Assembly: GCA_963717505.1 (NCBI GenBank)
Contig: OY970342.1
Location: 576,001 to 640,000 of the forward strand
DNA: 64,000 bases
DNA from: Candidatus Eiseniibacteriota bacterium
GTDB lineage: Bacteria; Eisenbacteria; RBG-16-71-46
Reading direction: 5' to 3'
Every line of letters starts with the position of its first letter. The first letter of the stretch is position 1. The position numbers and the translations under genes were made by a program. A model generated the notes under the pieces. The model was not told the origin of the DNA, did no database searches, and worked only from the letters and a program-made list of their open reading frames with translations. Positions 1 to 10,251 of this stretch are shown in pieces.

Positions 1-324
1 ATAGGTGCCGTAGACCACGCCGTCGCGCACCGGCGTCAGCCGCAGATCGTGGGCCTCGTAGACCGTGGGCCACGAGCCGGCCGATTCCGCCAGCGACTTG
101 TAGCCGAGCGTGAATCCGGTGGGGCCGGTTCGCACCAAGGTGTCGGTGGGCAGGTAGCAGCCCAGGTACGCCTCGAGATTCTGGTCGCGGATTGCGTCGA
201 CGTTGCGCTGGAAGACGACGCGTGCGGAGTCGAGCGCGGTGGGCGCGGCGCTCGCCTGCCCCGCACCGACGGCCAACCCCATCAGCAACGCGACGAATCG
301 ATGGATCGACGTCCGCGCGCTCAC
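1..324 (-). CDS. Secreted protein with NTF2/SnoaL-like N-terminal domain (truncated by window edge)
   Basis: Read manually: GTG at 324-322 overlaps the preA stop (GTGA). Translation MSARTSIHRFVALLMGLAVGAGQASAAPTALDSARVVFQRNVDAIRDQNLEAYLGCY...VVYGTY stays open to base 1 and starts with a signal-peptide-like segment. Confidence 0.6.
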   Translation of the reverse strand, partial: MSARTSIHRFVALLMGLAVGAGQASAAPTALDSARVVFQRNVDAIRDQNLEAYLGCYLPTDTLVRTGPTGFTLGYKSLAESAGSWPTVYEAHDLRLTPVRDGVVYGTY

Positions 325-1693
325 GATCGTGACGGGTGGGTCTTGCGCCAGTCCACGAGGCCGCCGGGGACCGTCGCCGTGCCTTTCGCGATGCGGTCGT
401 TCCACGACTCGAACGGGCGGCCGTTGGTGACATCGGTCATCGTGATGCAGCCCGGCACCGGGCACACCGCGGCGCACAGGTTGCAGCCGATGCACTCGGT
501 CTCGTCGACCCACACGATGTGGGCACCGCGCTCGCGCGCGGCCAGCGATCGCGGCGTCGCGGGTCGGCGCCTCGTGGCCCGCGGCCAGCGGGTCGGCGGC
601 GTTGTGGATGCAGGTCACCGAGGAGTCGCGGCAGGCGACGCAGCACAGGTTGCAGCCGATGCACTTGGCGGCGTCGACGTGGGCCACCACCTTGTAGTTG
701 AGGTCGAGATCGCCCCACTCGGTGAACGCCGGGAGCGCCCGGCCGCGCAGCTCGCGCACCGACTTCATGCCCTTCTCGTCGAGGTAGTTCGACAAGCCCG
801 TCGATCATGTCCTCGACGATGCGGAAGCCGTAGTGCATGACCGCGGTGCACACCTGGACGCTGGTCGCGCCGAGCGCGATGAACTCGGCCGCGTCGCGCC
901 AGTTGGCGATGCCGCCGATGCCCGAGATCGGCACCGTGATGCGCGGGATCGCGCGCGAGTGCCGCCGACCATGTGCAGCGCGATCGGCTTGACCGCCGGG
1001 CCCGCAGTAGCCGCCGTTGGTCGAGCGACCGCCGACCACCGGGTAGCGGCACGAACCGGTCGAGGTCGACGCCGATCAGGCTCTTGATGGTGTTGATCAG
1101 CGAGAGGCCGTGCGACCCCGGCTTCGACCGCCGGCGACGCCCGGCTTCGAGGATGTCGCCGATGTTCGGCGTGAGCTTGATCAGCACCGGCACCGTCGAG
1201 TACTCGACCGCCCAGCCGGCGACCGTCTTCAGCACCTCGGGCTCCTGCCCGACCGCCGAGCCCATGCCGCGCTCGCACATGCCGTGCGGGCAGCCGAAGT
1301 TGAGCTCGAGGCCGTCGCACGCCGGTGTCGACCGCGGCTTTGATGATGTCGCGCCAGTCCTGCTTGGACTCGACCATCAGCGAGACGATGACCGCGTGCG
1401 TCGGGTACTTGCTTCTTGACCTCGCGGATCTCGCGCAGGTTGACCTCGAGCGGGCGGTCGGTGATCAGCTCGATGTTGTTGAACCCGACCATGCGCGTGC
1501 CGTTGACGTCGAGCGAGCCGAAGCGGCTCGAGGTGTCGACGATCGGGTCGCCGAGCGTCTTCCACACGGCGCCGCCCCAGCCGGCGTCGAACGCGCGCAT
1601 GATCTGGTCGCCGGTGTTGGTCGGCGGCGCGCTGGCGAGCCAGAACGGGTTCGGGCTCTTGATGCCTGCGAAGTCGATCGAGAGATCGGCCAT
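321..1693 (-). CDS. preA: Dihydropyrimidine dehydrogenase subunit PreA (multiply frameshifted in this sequence)
   Basis: Consecutive fragments in different frames: MADLSIDFAGIKSPNPFWLASAPPT, GFNNIELITDRP, MCERGMGSAVGQ, ISGIGGI..WRDAAEFIALGATSVQVCTAVMHYGF, and two CIGCNLC ferredoxin motifs. Confidence 0.9.
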
Positions 1694-1787
1694 GGATTGC
1701 CTCCGGCGCCGATATTAGCACCGGCCGCGGCGCCGGTGGATGACTCTCGAACCGCGAGCGGTTGCGCCTCCCGCGGCACGAGGGCGC

Positions 1788-4046
1788 TCACCGGGATTCG
1801 GAACCCCCGGCTTCGACTCGCCGCGCCAAGTCGAGGAAACGGGGATCGCTCCGCAGCTCGTCGAGCCGCGGGTCGACGTTCAGGAACACCAGCCAGTGCG
1901 AGCGCTCTTGATAGGCGCGCTCGAGCAGCTCGATCGCACGGTCGGGGTCGTCCAGAGCGCTCCACACGAGTGCCACCAGGAACGGATCGAGATAGCCGTG
2001 TTCCGCGCCGACCTGGGCTTCCTCCATCAGGCGGTGGGCGGCAGCGGGTTCGCCGTTCTTCGCGTGCGCGCGCGCCAGGGACAACAGAAACACCGGCGGG
2101 CGGCCACCGAAGCGAATGGCCTCTTCGAACGCCTCGATCGCCTGCCCCGTGTCGCCCAGGCACTCGAGCGACCAGCCGGCGTAGATGCGGATCGGAGGCA
2201 AGCGAGGATCGAGTGCAATCGCCTCCCGGTAGTGTCCGAGGCCACGTTGGTATTCGCGTGCGTAGTATTCGATCCACACACCGGCGCCGACCATGATCGG
2301 CGAGAGCGGATCCAGCTCGCGCCCCCTGGCGATCGCGAGGCGTGCTTCGTCGAACCGGCCTCGTGCGGTCAGCAGATTCATGTACCACTGGTGAGCCAGG
2401 GCGTAGCCCGGGTTCAATTCGATCCCGCGACGGAAACCCGCTTCGGACGCGGTCCAGTTCCAGTCGTAATAAAGCTGGAGGTAGGCCAGCGACACGTGGG
2501 CTTCGCCGAGATTGGGGTCCAGCTCGAGGGCCCGCAGCGCCGCCGTCTTGGCCGCCGGGAACGCTTCCCGCGGCGACAGGTAGCTGAAGAATCCGAGCAG
2601 GTCGTAGGCGTCGGCGAGTCCTGCGTGCGCCAGTGCCCACTCCGGCTCGCGGTCGAGCGCGCGGCGCAGGTACTCGACCGCCCGGAACAGGCTTTCGGGC
2701 GTGCGCCGGTACCAGAACTGACGCCCCTTGAGGTAGGCGTCGTAGGCCACCGGATCGACGTTGCGCACCTCACCCAACCGCGCCGCCGCCTGGGGCGTGA
2801 GCGTCCCCTGAACCTGGATCGCGATGGTGCGCGCCAGCTCGCCCTGCAGCGCCAGAACGTCGTCGAGCGGACGCTCGTACGACTCCGCCCACATATGGTC
2901 GTCACTGGCGGCATGAATCAGCTGCGCCGTGACGCGGACGCGATTGCCGGAGCGCACCACCGCCCCTTCCAGCACGGCATCGACCCTGAGCTCGCGCGCG
3001 ATCTCGGGCAGCGACTTGCGCGTGCCTTTGTAGCGCATCGCCGAGGTCCGCGAGATCACGCGCAGGCCGCCGAGCTTGGCCAGCCCGGCGATCAGCGCCT
3101 CGGTCATCCCGTCGGCGAAAAACTCGTGTCCGGCATCGCCGGAGAGATTCTCGAGCGGCAGAACGGCGATCGATTCAATACGCTTCTCGACCGATCCCCC
3201 GCCGGGTGCGGAACCGGTGGTCAGCAGACGCTCGAGATCGGAGGCCAGCTCGCGCACGGACGCGTGGCGGCGCACAGGATCGCGGTCGATGGCCCGCAGG
3301 ATCGCAGCGTCGAGGGCCCGCGACAGCTTGGCGTTGAGCGACGAAGGCGCCACCGGCGTCTGGTTGAGAATGGCGTACATCAGACTGAGCGCCGTGGCGC
3401 CGGCGAACGGCGCCTTGCCGGTCGCCATCTCGTAGAGCACGACGCCGAGCGAGTAGAGATCGCTGCGCTCGTCGGCCGGCTGGCCTCCGAGCACCTCGGG
3501 AGCCAGATAGGCGAGCGTGCCCATCGCTCCCGCGGCCTCGGTCTGCGTCATGGCGATCGCGGGTGCCGCCTCGGGATGGATCGAGCGCGCCAGCCCGAAG
3601 TCGAGCACCTTGACCCGTCCGTCGGGCGTGACCACGAGATTGTGCGGCTTGAAGTCGCGGTGGATGACGCCACGGGCGTGCGCCGCTTCGAGGCCCGCGG
3701 CCGCCTGCAGCCCGATGCGCAGCAGCTCGCGCTCCTCGATCGGGCCGGTCGCGATCCGCCGGTCGAGTCCGGCCCCGGGGACGAACTCCATCACCAGGTA
3801 GTCCACGCCGTCGCGCGTGTCGAAGTCGTGGACGGTGGCGACGTTCGGATGATTGAGCTGCGACAGGGCCAACGCCTCCTTGCGGAAGCGCCGGCGTGCG
3901 GCGTCGTCGGCGAGGGAGCCGGCCGGCAGCACCTTGAGCGCGACGTCGCGCTCGAGATGCAGATCGCGCGCACGGTAGACCACGCCCATGCCGCCGGCGC
4001 CGATCTGCTCGACGATCTGGTAGCGGGCGAGAGTGGTGCCTTGCAT
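1788..4046 (-). CDS. Ser/Thr protein kinase with TolB-like and TPR domains
   Basis: GAGGMGVVY, VALK, HRDFKPHN, DFGLA and YLAPE kinase motifs; SIAVLPLENLSGD TolB-like domain; TPR helices. Confidence 0.92.
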   Translation of the reverse strand: MQGTTLARYQIVEQIGAGGMGVVYRARDLHLERDVALKVLPAGSLADDAARRRFRKEALALSQLNHPNVATVHDFDTRDGVDYLVMEFVPGAGLDRRIATGPIEERELLRIGLQAAAGLEAAHARGVIHRDFKPHNLVVTPDGRVKVLDFGLARSIHPEAAPAIAMTQTEAAGAMGTLAYLAPEVLGGQPADERSDLYSLGVVLYEMATGKAPFAGATALSLMYAILNQTPVAPSSLNAKLSRALDAAILRAIDRDPVRRHASVRELASDLERLLTTGSAPGGGSVEKRIESIAVLPLENLSGDAGHEFFADGMTEALIAGLAKLGGLRVISRTSAMRYKGTRKSLPEIARELRVDAVLEGAVVRSGNRVRVTAQLIHAASDDHMWAESYERPLDDVLALQGELARTIAIQVQGTLTPQAAARLGEVRNVDPVAYDAYLKGRQFWYRRTPESLFRAVEYLRRALDREPEWALAHAGLADAYDLLGFFSYLSPREAFPAAKTAALRALELDPNLGEAHVSLAYLQLYYDWNWTASEAGFRRGIELNPGYALAHQWYMNLLTARGRFDEARLAIARGRELDPLSPIMVGAGVWIEYYAREYQRGLGHYREAIALDPRLPPIRIYAGWSLECLGDTGQAIEAFEEAIRFGGRPPVFLLSLARAHAKNGEPAAAHRLMEEAQVGAEHGYLDPFLVALVWSALDDPDRAIELLERAYQERSHWLVFLNVDPRLDELRSDPRFLDLARRVEAGGSESR

Positions 4047-4106
4047 GTGAACTCCGTGGGCGCGGATTTGGGCTCCGTGGCGCGATCAGCCTATCATGCG
4101 CGCTTC

Positions 4107-5675
4107 ATGGATACGGACCGCACCGAAGTCGACCGGCCGACGTTCGCCTACCTGCCGCTCGCGCTGATCGCGATCGCGAAATTCGCGGTCCAGCTCTATG
4201 CGCTTCCGCACTACGGCTGGTTCCGCGACGAGTTCTACTACCAAGTCTGTGCGGCGAATCCGGCGCTGGGCTATGTCGACCACCCGCCGCTCTCGATCTG
4301 GATCCTGACTGGAGTGCGCTCACTGTTCGGCGAATCGCTCTTCGCGATGCGCCTGGTGCCGGCGCTGGCCGGCGTCGCCACCGTCTTCGCCACCGGTCAG
4401 CTCGCACGCGAGCTGGGCGGTGGTGCTCGCGCCCAGGCTCTGGCTGCACTGGCGATGCTGGTCGCCCCGGTCTACCTCGCGCTCAACCACTTCTATTCCA
4501 TGAACGCGTTCGACCTCATGTTGTGGCCGCTCGCGTTCCTGGCGCTGGCGCGCGGGCTCCGCCATGGCACCGACCCCACGCCGGGCGGCGTCGCCGCGTG
4601 GATTTGCCTCGGACTCGTGCTCGGATTCGGCCTGCTCAACAAGATCAGCGTGCTCTGGCTCTTGGGCGGGCTCGGGCTCGGGTTGCTGATCGCGCGCCGC
4701 GAGTTCCTGCCAACACCCGGTCCGTGGCTGGCGTTGGGGGTCGCAGCTCTGCTCTTTGCGCCTCACATCGCATGGCAGATGACCAACGACTGGCCGACCC
4801 TCGAGTTCATGCGCAACGCCACCGGCGAGAAGATGGCGCCGGTTTCGGCATCCGAGTTCATCTCCGACCAGATCGACTCGATGAATCCGGCGACGCTGCC
4901 CCTCTGGCTCGGCGGGCTCGTGTGGTGCCTGTTCGCGCGCCAGGGCCAGTGGCGTTGGATCAGCGTCGCCTACCTGGCGATCACGGCGTTGTTGATCGCC
5001 AGCGGCCGCAGCCGAACCTCGTACCTGTCGCCGGTCTACCCGGTGCTGTTCGCGGCGGGTGCCACGGCGTTCGGCAACTTGCTCGATCGAGCGCACGTCT
5101 ACGTGCGCGGGGCGGTGACTGCCGTCGTGTTCATCGCGATGCTCCTCGCTGGCGCGATCCTCGCCCCGCTGGCGATTCCCGTGCTCCCGGTCGAGCAATA
5201 CATCGCCCACGCGAAGAAGCTGGGGATCGAGCCGTCGACCGAGGAGATCAAGGAGGTCGGCCTCCTCTCCCAGCACTACGCCGACATGCACGGCTGGGAG
5301 GAATTGACCGCGGCCGTGGTCGCGGCACGCGACTCCCTGGGTCCGGAAGAGCGCGAGCGCGTGTGCATCTACGGCCAGAACTACGGCGAAGCCGGCGCCG
5401 TCACCGTGCTCGGTCGCGACCGCGGGCTCCCACCCGCGATCTCGGGCCACAACAACTACTGGCTGTGGGGGCCTGGTGACTGCGACGGCTCGGTGATGAT
5501 CATCATCGGCGGCGACTATGAGGACCACATCGAGGCGTTCGAGTCGGTCGAGGCCGCCGGGATCGCGACCTCAAAGTACGCGATGCCCTACGAACAGGAT
5601 CTGACGATCTGGGTGTGCCGCGGGCTCAAGCGAACGCCGCTCGAGATCTGGGACCGCGTCAAGCACTACGACTAG
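4107..5675 (+). CDS. GT-C fold glycosyltransferase (family 39/ArnT-like) membrane protein
   Basis: FRDEFYY...GYVDHPPL motif, many TM helices, C-terminal NYGEAGA/SGHNNYWLWGP. Start placed at ATG 4107; the upstream part of ORF 1740 is the antisense shadow of the kinase. Confidence 0.85.
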   Translation: MDTDRTEVDRPTFAYLPLALIAIAKFAVQLYALPHYGWFRDEFYYQVCAANPALGYVDHPPLSIWILTGVRSLFGESLFAMRLVPALAGVATVFATGQLARELGGGARAQALAALAMLVAPVYLALNHFYSMNAFDLMLWPLAFLALARGLRHGTDPTPGGVAAWICLGLVLGFGLLNKISVLWLLGGLGLGLLIARREFLPTPGPWLALGVAALLFAPHIAWQMTNDWPTLEFMRNATGEKMAPVSASEFISDQIDSMNPATLPLWLGGLVWCLFARQGQWRWISVAYLAITALLIASGRSRTSYLSPVYPVLFAAGATAFGNLLDRAHVYVRGAVTAVVFIAMLLAGAILAPLAIPVLPVEQYIAHAKKLGIEPSTEEIKEVGLLSQHYADMHGWEELTAAVVAARDSLGPEERERVCIYGQNYGEAGAVTVLGRDRGLPPAISGHNNYWLWGPGDCDGSVMIIIGGDYEDHIEAFESVEAAGIATSKYAMPYEQDLTIWVCRGLKRTPLEIWDRVKHYD

Positions 5676-5688
5676 CGGGCGCGGCGCC

Positions 5689-7335
5689 TCAGAACCTCGA
5701 CGCCGCGATCTGGATGTCCGCATCCTTCCACGCCTTGTCGAACCGCGCCTTGGCCTCCGCCGCTTCCTTCGACTTCCCCTGGGCCTCGTAGCTCTTCATG
5801 AGTCCCATCAGCGACCAGCCGTTTTCCGGGTTCTCCTTGAGATCGGCGAGATAGACCTGCTCCGCATCTGCGGCGCGTCCGCCTTCGAGCAGCACGGCGC
5901 CCAGCGAATGTCGCACCGGGTAGAGCCAATCCACCGGCTCGTTGTACTTGAGCCCGCTCTCGAGCTTCACGGCTTCGGTCAGGCGCTGGACGCCGGATTC
6001 GAGGTTGCCCTGCTTGGCCGACAGCTCGCCGGACAGGACCGCCACCGCGATCGCCATGAGCTGCTTCATGGTGTTGATTTCCATGACGGTGATCTTCTCG
6101 AGCGTGTCCTTGGCCGCGATGGCGCCCAGTGCTTCGAGCTCGCGCGAGGCATCGTCGAGCTTGCCCTTGGCCACGAACGCGCGGCCACGCGCATAGTGCC
6201 AGACGCCGGTCGGGTACAGCAGATCGGCGGGCGGCTGCGGGGCCTCGAGGATGCGGTCCCACTTGCCGAAGCGCACGTCGCCGTACAGGCGGATGTAGGC
6301 GTACTGCTGGAGCGCGCCCAGACCCGGGTCGCGCATCATGTCGTGCATCGTGGTCGCGTAGGTGCGATCAGCGGCGTCGAACGCCGCGGAGCTCCACCCC
6401 ATCATCGAAGCGCCCGCCCACGCCATGTGGTGGTTGTGCGGAATGTAGCCGAGCGGATAGAGACCCTGGGCGTGGCACTGCTCGACGTAGCTCTTGTCGG
6501 CGTCGCCGGCCTTGAGGTTGAGCAGCACCACGTCGTGGTAGCGCCCGGTACGGATGTACGTGTGCGTCGGCATGTGCACCAGGTGGCCCGACCCCGGCAC
6601 CAGGGACGGCAGCTTCTCGGCGTAGCGTTCGGCGCGCTCCGGCGCGGTCGAGGCCTCGGTGCCGTGGATGTAGAGGTGGATCGCCAGCGGATTCGTCGGA
6701 TTGCGCTCGAGCACGGCCTCGAGCGTCGAGATGATCTCCGCGGTCCACGGCTGCGGGACGCGGCCTTCGCCGTAGTAGTTCCACGGGTTCAGGTCCATCA
6801 ACGACTCGGCGAACATGGCCGCGCTGTTGTCTTCCTTCGGGAATCGCTTCACCACCTCGCGCATGGCGTCGGAGTATGCCTGGTCCAGCGGCTTGCGATC
6901 CGCCGGAACCGGCATCGCGTAGCGCTTGGCCATCGCCTCGGCCATCGCGCGCTCCCAGTCGGTCGCAGCCTTGGGCTTTTTGGAAAGCTCCAATGCCTTT
7001 TGTGCCGCGCGGAATGCTTCTGGCGCGTTCACAGTGTCCATCGCCGCGTTGATGTTGGGACCGAGCACGTAGGCCACGCCCCACCAACCCATCACGCAAT
7101 TGGGATCCAGGTTCGTCACCTCGCGGAACGAGCGCACCGCCTCCCCGTGATTGAATCCGTACGACAGAATCAATCCCTGGTTGAAGTAGCGCTGGGCGAG
7201 CTGCGACTTGGTGCTGACCGGAACGTTGAGATTGCCGAGCCCCTCGAAGAACGGGGCGCGCGGCGACTTCTCCGCGGCTGGGGACGAAGCGGCGCTCAGC
7301 GCGAGCGTGAGTAGAACGCTGGCGAAGGTACGCAT
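5689..7335 (-). CDS. Secreted TPR-repeat protein
   Basis: Signal peptide; AQRYFNQGL..YGFNH.EA, HLYIH..E and HLVHMP.H motifs of a widespread TPR family. Confidence 0.8.
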   Translation of the reverse strand: MRTFASVLLTLALSAASSPAAEKSPRAPFFEGLGNLNVPVSTKSQLAQRYFNQGLILSYGFNHGEAVRSFREVTNLDPNCVMGWWGVAYVLGPNINAAMDTVNAPEAFRAAQKALELSKKPKAATDWERAMAEAMAKRYAMPVPADRKPLDQAYSDAMREVVKRFPKEDNSAAMFAESLMDLNPWNYYGEGRVPQPWTAEIISTLEAVLERNPTNPLAIHLYIHGTEASTAPERAERYAEKLPSLVPGSGHLVHMPTHTYIRTGRYHDVVLLNLKAGDADKSYVEQCHAQGLYPLGYIPHNHHMAWAGASMMGWSSAAFDAADRTYATTMHDMMRDPGLGALQQYAYIRLYGDVRFGKWDRILEAPQPPADLLYPTGVWHYARGRAFVAKGKLDDASRELEALGAIAAKDTLEKITVMEINTMKQLMAIAVAVLSGELSAKQGNLESGVQRLTEAVKLESGLKYNEPVDWLYPVRHSLGAVLLEGGRAADAEQVYLADLKENPENGWSLMGLMKSYEAQGKSKEAAEAKARFDKAWKDADIQIAASRF

Positions 7336-7365
7336 GCGGTTCTCCTGTGTTTCGGGGTGTTTTGG

Positions 7366-8613
7366 CTACCGCGCGGCGGCGACGCTTTCGATCTTGCTGC
7401 GCAGGCGCCGGGCGATCGCCGTGATGAATTCACCGGTGTCGGCATGGGACAACGGTCGCGGATTCGCGATCGCCGCCATGTCCTTGGTCATGACGCCGGA
7501 TTCGACGGTCTCGATCACCGAACGCTCGATCTTCTGCGCGAAGTCGACCAGCTCCGGCGTGCCGTCCAGCTCGCCGCGCTTGGCGATCGCACCAGTCCAC
7601 GCGAAGATCGTGGCCGTCGAGTTGGTCGAGGTCTTCTGTCCTTCCTGGTGCTGTCGATAGTGCTTGGTCACCGTGCCGTGCGCGGCTTCGAATTCGAACT
7701 GCCCGGTCGGCGACACCAGCACCGAGGTCATCAACCCCAGGCTGCCGAAGCCCGACGCCACCATGTCGCTCATCACGTCGCCGTCGTAGTTCATGCACGC
7801 CCACAGGAATCCGCCCGGACTCCTCACGGCGCGCGCCACGGCATCGTCGATCAACAGGTAGGTGTACGTGATGCCGGCAGCCTCCAGGTCGGCCTTCCGC
7901 GCCTCGGTCTCCTGGCGGAAGATCTCGCGGAACGCGCCGTGGTAGATCTTGGCGATCGTGTCCTTGCCGCTGAACCACATGTTCACGCGCTCGAAAAGCG
8001 CGTAGGCGATGCAGGCTTTCGCGAAACTGCGGATCGAGCCGTCGAGGTTGTGCGTGCCGCGGATGATCCCCGGGGTCTTGAACTCGTGGATGGTCAACCG
8101 CTGGACTTCGCTGCCGTCGTCGGGCGTGAACACGATCTCGGCACGGCCGGTCTTGCGGATGCGCATCTCGGCGCTCTTGTACATGTCGCCGTAGGCATGG
8201 CGGCCGATCACGATCGGCTTGACCCACGAGCGCACGGTCGGCGGCACGTTCTTGACCATGATCGGCTTCCGGAACACCGTGCCGTCGAGGATCGCGCGCA
8301 GCGTGCCGTTCGGGCTCGGCCACGCCTTCTTGAGCGAGTATTCCGTGACCCGGCCTTCGTCGGGGGTGATCGTGGCACACTTGACGCCGACGCCGTGTCG
8401 CTTGATGGCCTCCGCGGCTTCGACCGTGACGCGATCGTCGGTCTTGTCGCGATTTGGCAAGCCGAGGTCGTAGTACTCGAGCTTGAGGTCGGCGAACGGC
8501 TCGATCAGGTCCCGCTTCACCAGCTGCCAGATGATGCGGGTCATCTCGTCGCCATCGAGCTCGACGATGGTGTTTTTCGACTGGATGCGGGGTCCGTGGT
8601 GCCGCTCGGTCAT
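7366..8613 (-). CDS. icd: NADP-dependent isocitrate dehydrogenase (eukaryote-like type)
   Basis: [37 protein letters not shown] and EAAHGTV motifs; AAGGAG RBS upstream of ATG 8613. Confidence 0.95.
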   Translation of the reverse strand: MTERHHGPRIQSKNTIVELDGDEMTRIIWQLVKRDLIEPFADLKLEYYDLGLPNRDKTDDRVTVEAAEAIKRHGVGVKCATITPDEGRVTEYSLKKAWPSPNGTLRAILDGTVFRKPIMVKNVPPTVRSWVKPIVIGRHAYGDMYKSAEMRIRKTGRAEIVFTPDDGSEVQRLTIHEFKTPGIIRGTHNLDGSIRSFAKACIAYALFERVNMWFSGKDTIAKIYHGAFREIFRQETEARKADLEAAGITYTYLLIDDAVARAVRSPGGFLWACMNYDGDVMSDMVASGFGSLGLMTSVLVSPTGQFEFEAAHGTVTKHYRQHQEGQKTSTNSTATIFAWTGAIAKRGELDGTPELVDFAQKIERSVIETVESGVMTKDMAAIANPRPLSHADTGEFITAIARRLRSKIESVAAAR

Positions 8614-8729
8614 GAATGGGCTCCTTGAGTGCGGTCGATCAACGAGGAAACGTAGCACGAGCCCCGGGGGGGCGCGAACCTGGGTCGCGGTCGGGGTCGC
8701 CGTCTACTGCGCGACTGTGGGCCGCTATG

Positions 8730-8735
8730 TATAAT
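8730..8735 (+). promoter_or_regulatory. Candidate sigma70 -10 box for the pnt operon
   Basis: Perfect TATAAT in GC-rich DNA, 11 nt before ATG 8747, with no SD. Confidence 0.55.
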
Positions 8736-8746
8736 GCCCGCCGCTC

Positions 8747-9910
8747 ATGCTCACGATCGGCGTCCCTCGTGAAATCCTGCCCGGCGAACAGCGTGTCGCC
8801 GCGACCCCCGAAACCGTGGCCAAGCTCGCGGCGACCGGTACTGCGGTCGTGGTCGAAGCCGGCGCCGGCAGCGCGGCCGGCCACCTCGACGACGCCTACG
8901 CCAAGGCCGGGGCGCGCATCGCTCCCGACGCCGCCGCCGTGTATTCCGAGGCCCGGGTCCTGCTCAAGGTTCGCGAACCCGCCCCGCGAGGCGCCGGCCA
9001 CGAAGCCGACTCGTTTGCGCCGGGCAGCGCGCTGGTCAGCTTCCTGGCCTTGGAGCGCAACCCGGACCTGATCGATCGCTTGTGCGCGCGCAACGTCACC
9101 GCGTTCGCGATGGAGCGGATTCCGCGCACGACGCGCGCCCAGCGCATGGACGCGTTGTCGTCGATGAGCACGGTGGCCGGATACAAAGCCGTGCTGCTCG
9201 GGGCAAGTGCGCTCGGCCGCTTTTTCCCGCTGCTGATGACCGCGGCTGGAACCATCGCGCCCGCCAAGGTGTTCGTGCTCGGCGCCGGGGTCGCGGGCCT
9301 CCAGGCGATCGCCACAGCCCGCCGGCTGGGCGCGGTGGTCGAAGCCTTCGACGTCCGCCCCGCCGTGCGCGAAGAAGTGCAGAGCCTGGGCGCCACGTTC
9401 GTCGCCGCCGAGCTGACCGATGCCGCGAGTGTGGCCGCCGGCGGCTACGCCAAGGCTCAGTCGCAGGATCAGGAGCAACTCACCCGCGATCGCATCCGCC
9501 CGCATGTCGCTCAGGCCGACGTGGTGGTCGCGACCGCGAACGTGCCGGGCCGCCGAGCACCGGTGCTGGTCAGCGCCGACATGGTGCGTGAGATGAAACC
9601 CGGCTCGGTGATCGTCGACCTCGCCGCGGAAGGCGGCGGCAACTGCGAGCTGACCCGGCCCGGTGAAACCACGGTCGCGCACGGCGTGACGCTGCTGGGC
9701 CCGGTGAACCTGGCCGCCTCGCTGCCGTTCCACGCCAGCCAGATGTACGCGCGCAACGTGCTGGCGTTCGTCCAGCTCCTGATCAAGGACGGCGCCCTCA
9801 AGGTGGACTTCGCGGACGACATCCTCGCGGCCACCTGCGTCGCCCACGCCGGACAGTCGCGGCTCCCGGGGGCCGCCCCCGCGCTAGCCGTGTCCGAGGC
9901 GCGCTCATGA
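8747..9910 (+). CDS. pntAA: NAD(P) transhydrogenase alpha subunit part 1
   Basis: IGVPRE...RVAATPE, RAQRMDALSSM, GAGVAGLQA and VDLAAEGGGNCELT motifs. Confidence 0.95.
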   Translation: MLTIGVPREILPGEQRVAATPETVAKLAATGTAVVVEAGAGSAAGHLDDAYAKAGARIAPDAAAVYSEARVLLKVREPAPRGAGHEADSFAPGSALVSFLALERNPDLIDRLCARNVTAFAMERIPRTTRAQRMDALSSMSTVAGYKAVLLGASALGRFFPLLMTAAGTIAPAKVFVLGAGVAGLQAIATARRLGAVVEAFDVRPAVREEVQSLGATFVAAELTDAASVAAGGYAKAQSQDQEQLTRDRIRPHVAQADVVVATANVPGRRAPVLVSADMVREMKPGSVIVDLAAEGGGNCELTRPGETTVAHGVTLLGPVNLAASLPFHASQMYARNVLAFVQLLIKDGALKVDFADDILAATCVAHAGQSRLPGAAPALAVSEARS

Positions 9911-10251
9911 GCTTCGAGCTGCTGGCCCAGGTCTACGTGTTCGCACTGGCGATCTTCGTCGGCTTCGAGGTGATTTCGAAGGTGCCGGTGGTGCTGCACA
10001 CGCCGCTCATGTCCGGCACCAACGCGATTCACGGGATCGTCGTGATCGGCGGCATCCTGGTGCTCGGCACCGCCGGCAGCCCGATGGAGATGGTGCTGGG
10101 GGTGGTCGCGGTCGCATTCGGCGCGATGAACCTGGCGGGCGGATTCGTGGTGACCGACCGCATGCTCGAGATGTTCAAGGGCAGGCCGCGCCCGGGGTCG
10201 CGCCCGCCTGCGCAGGGCGCGAAAGGCTCCGGAGCCGCCGGGAAGTCATGA
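9907..10251 (+). CDS. pntAB: NAD(P) transhydrogenase alpha subunit part 2
   Basis: LHTPLMSGTNAIHG and GGFVVTDRMLEMF motifs; ATGA overlaps with neighbours. Confidence 0.95.
   Translation: MSFELLAQVYVFALAIFVGFEVISKVPVVLHTPLMSGTNAIHGIVVIGGILVLGTAGSPMEMVLGVVAVAFGAMNLAGGFVVTDRMLEMFKGRPRPGSRPPAQGAKGSGAAGKS

Noticed and set aside
321-1693. Programmed ribosomal frameshifting in preA or hydA
   Set aside because: The breaks are too many and irregular, with no slippery sites; sequence error is more parsimonious.
1740-4106. N-terminal 789 aa of the 1311-aa plus-strand ORF, suggesting a giant fusion
   Set aside because: It is the stop-free antisense shadow of the kinase gene in high-GC DNA; the real glycosyltransferase starts at 4107.
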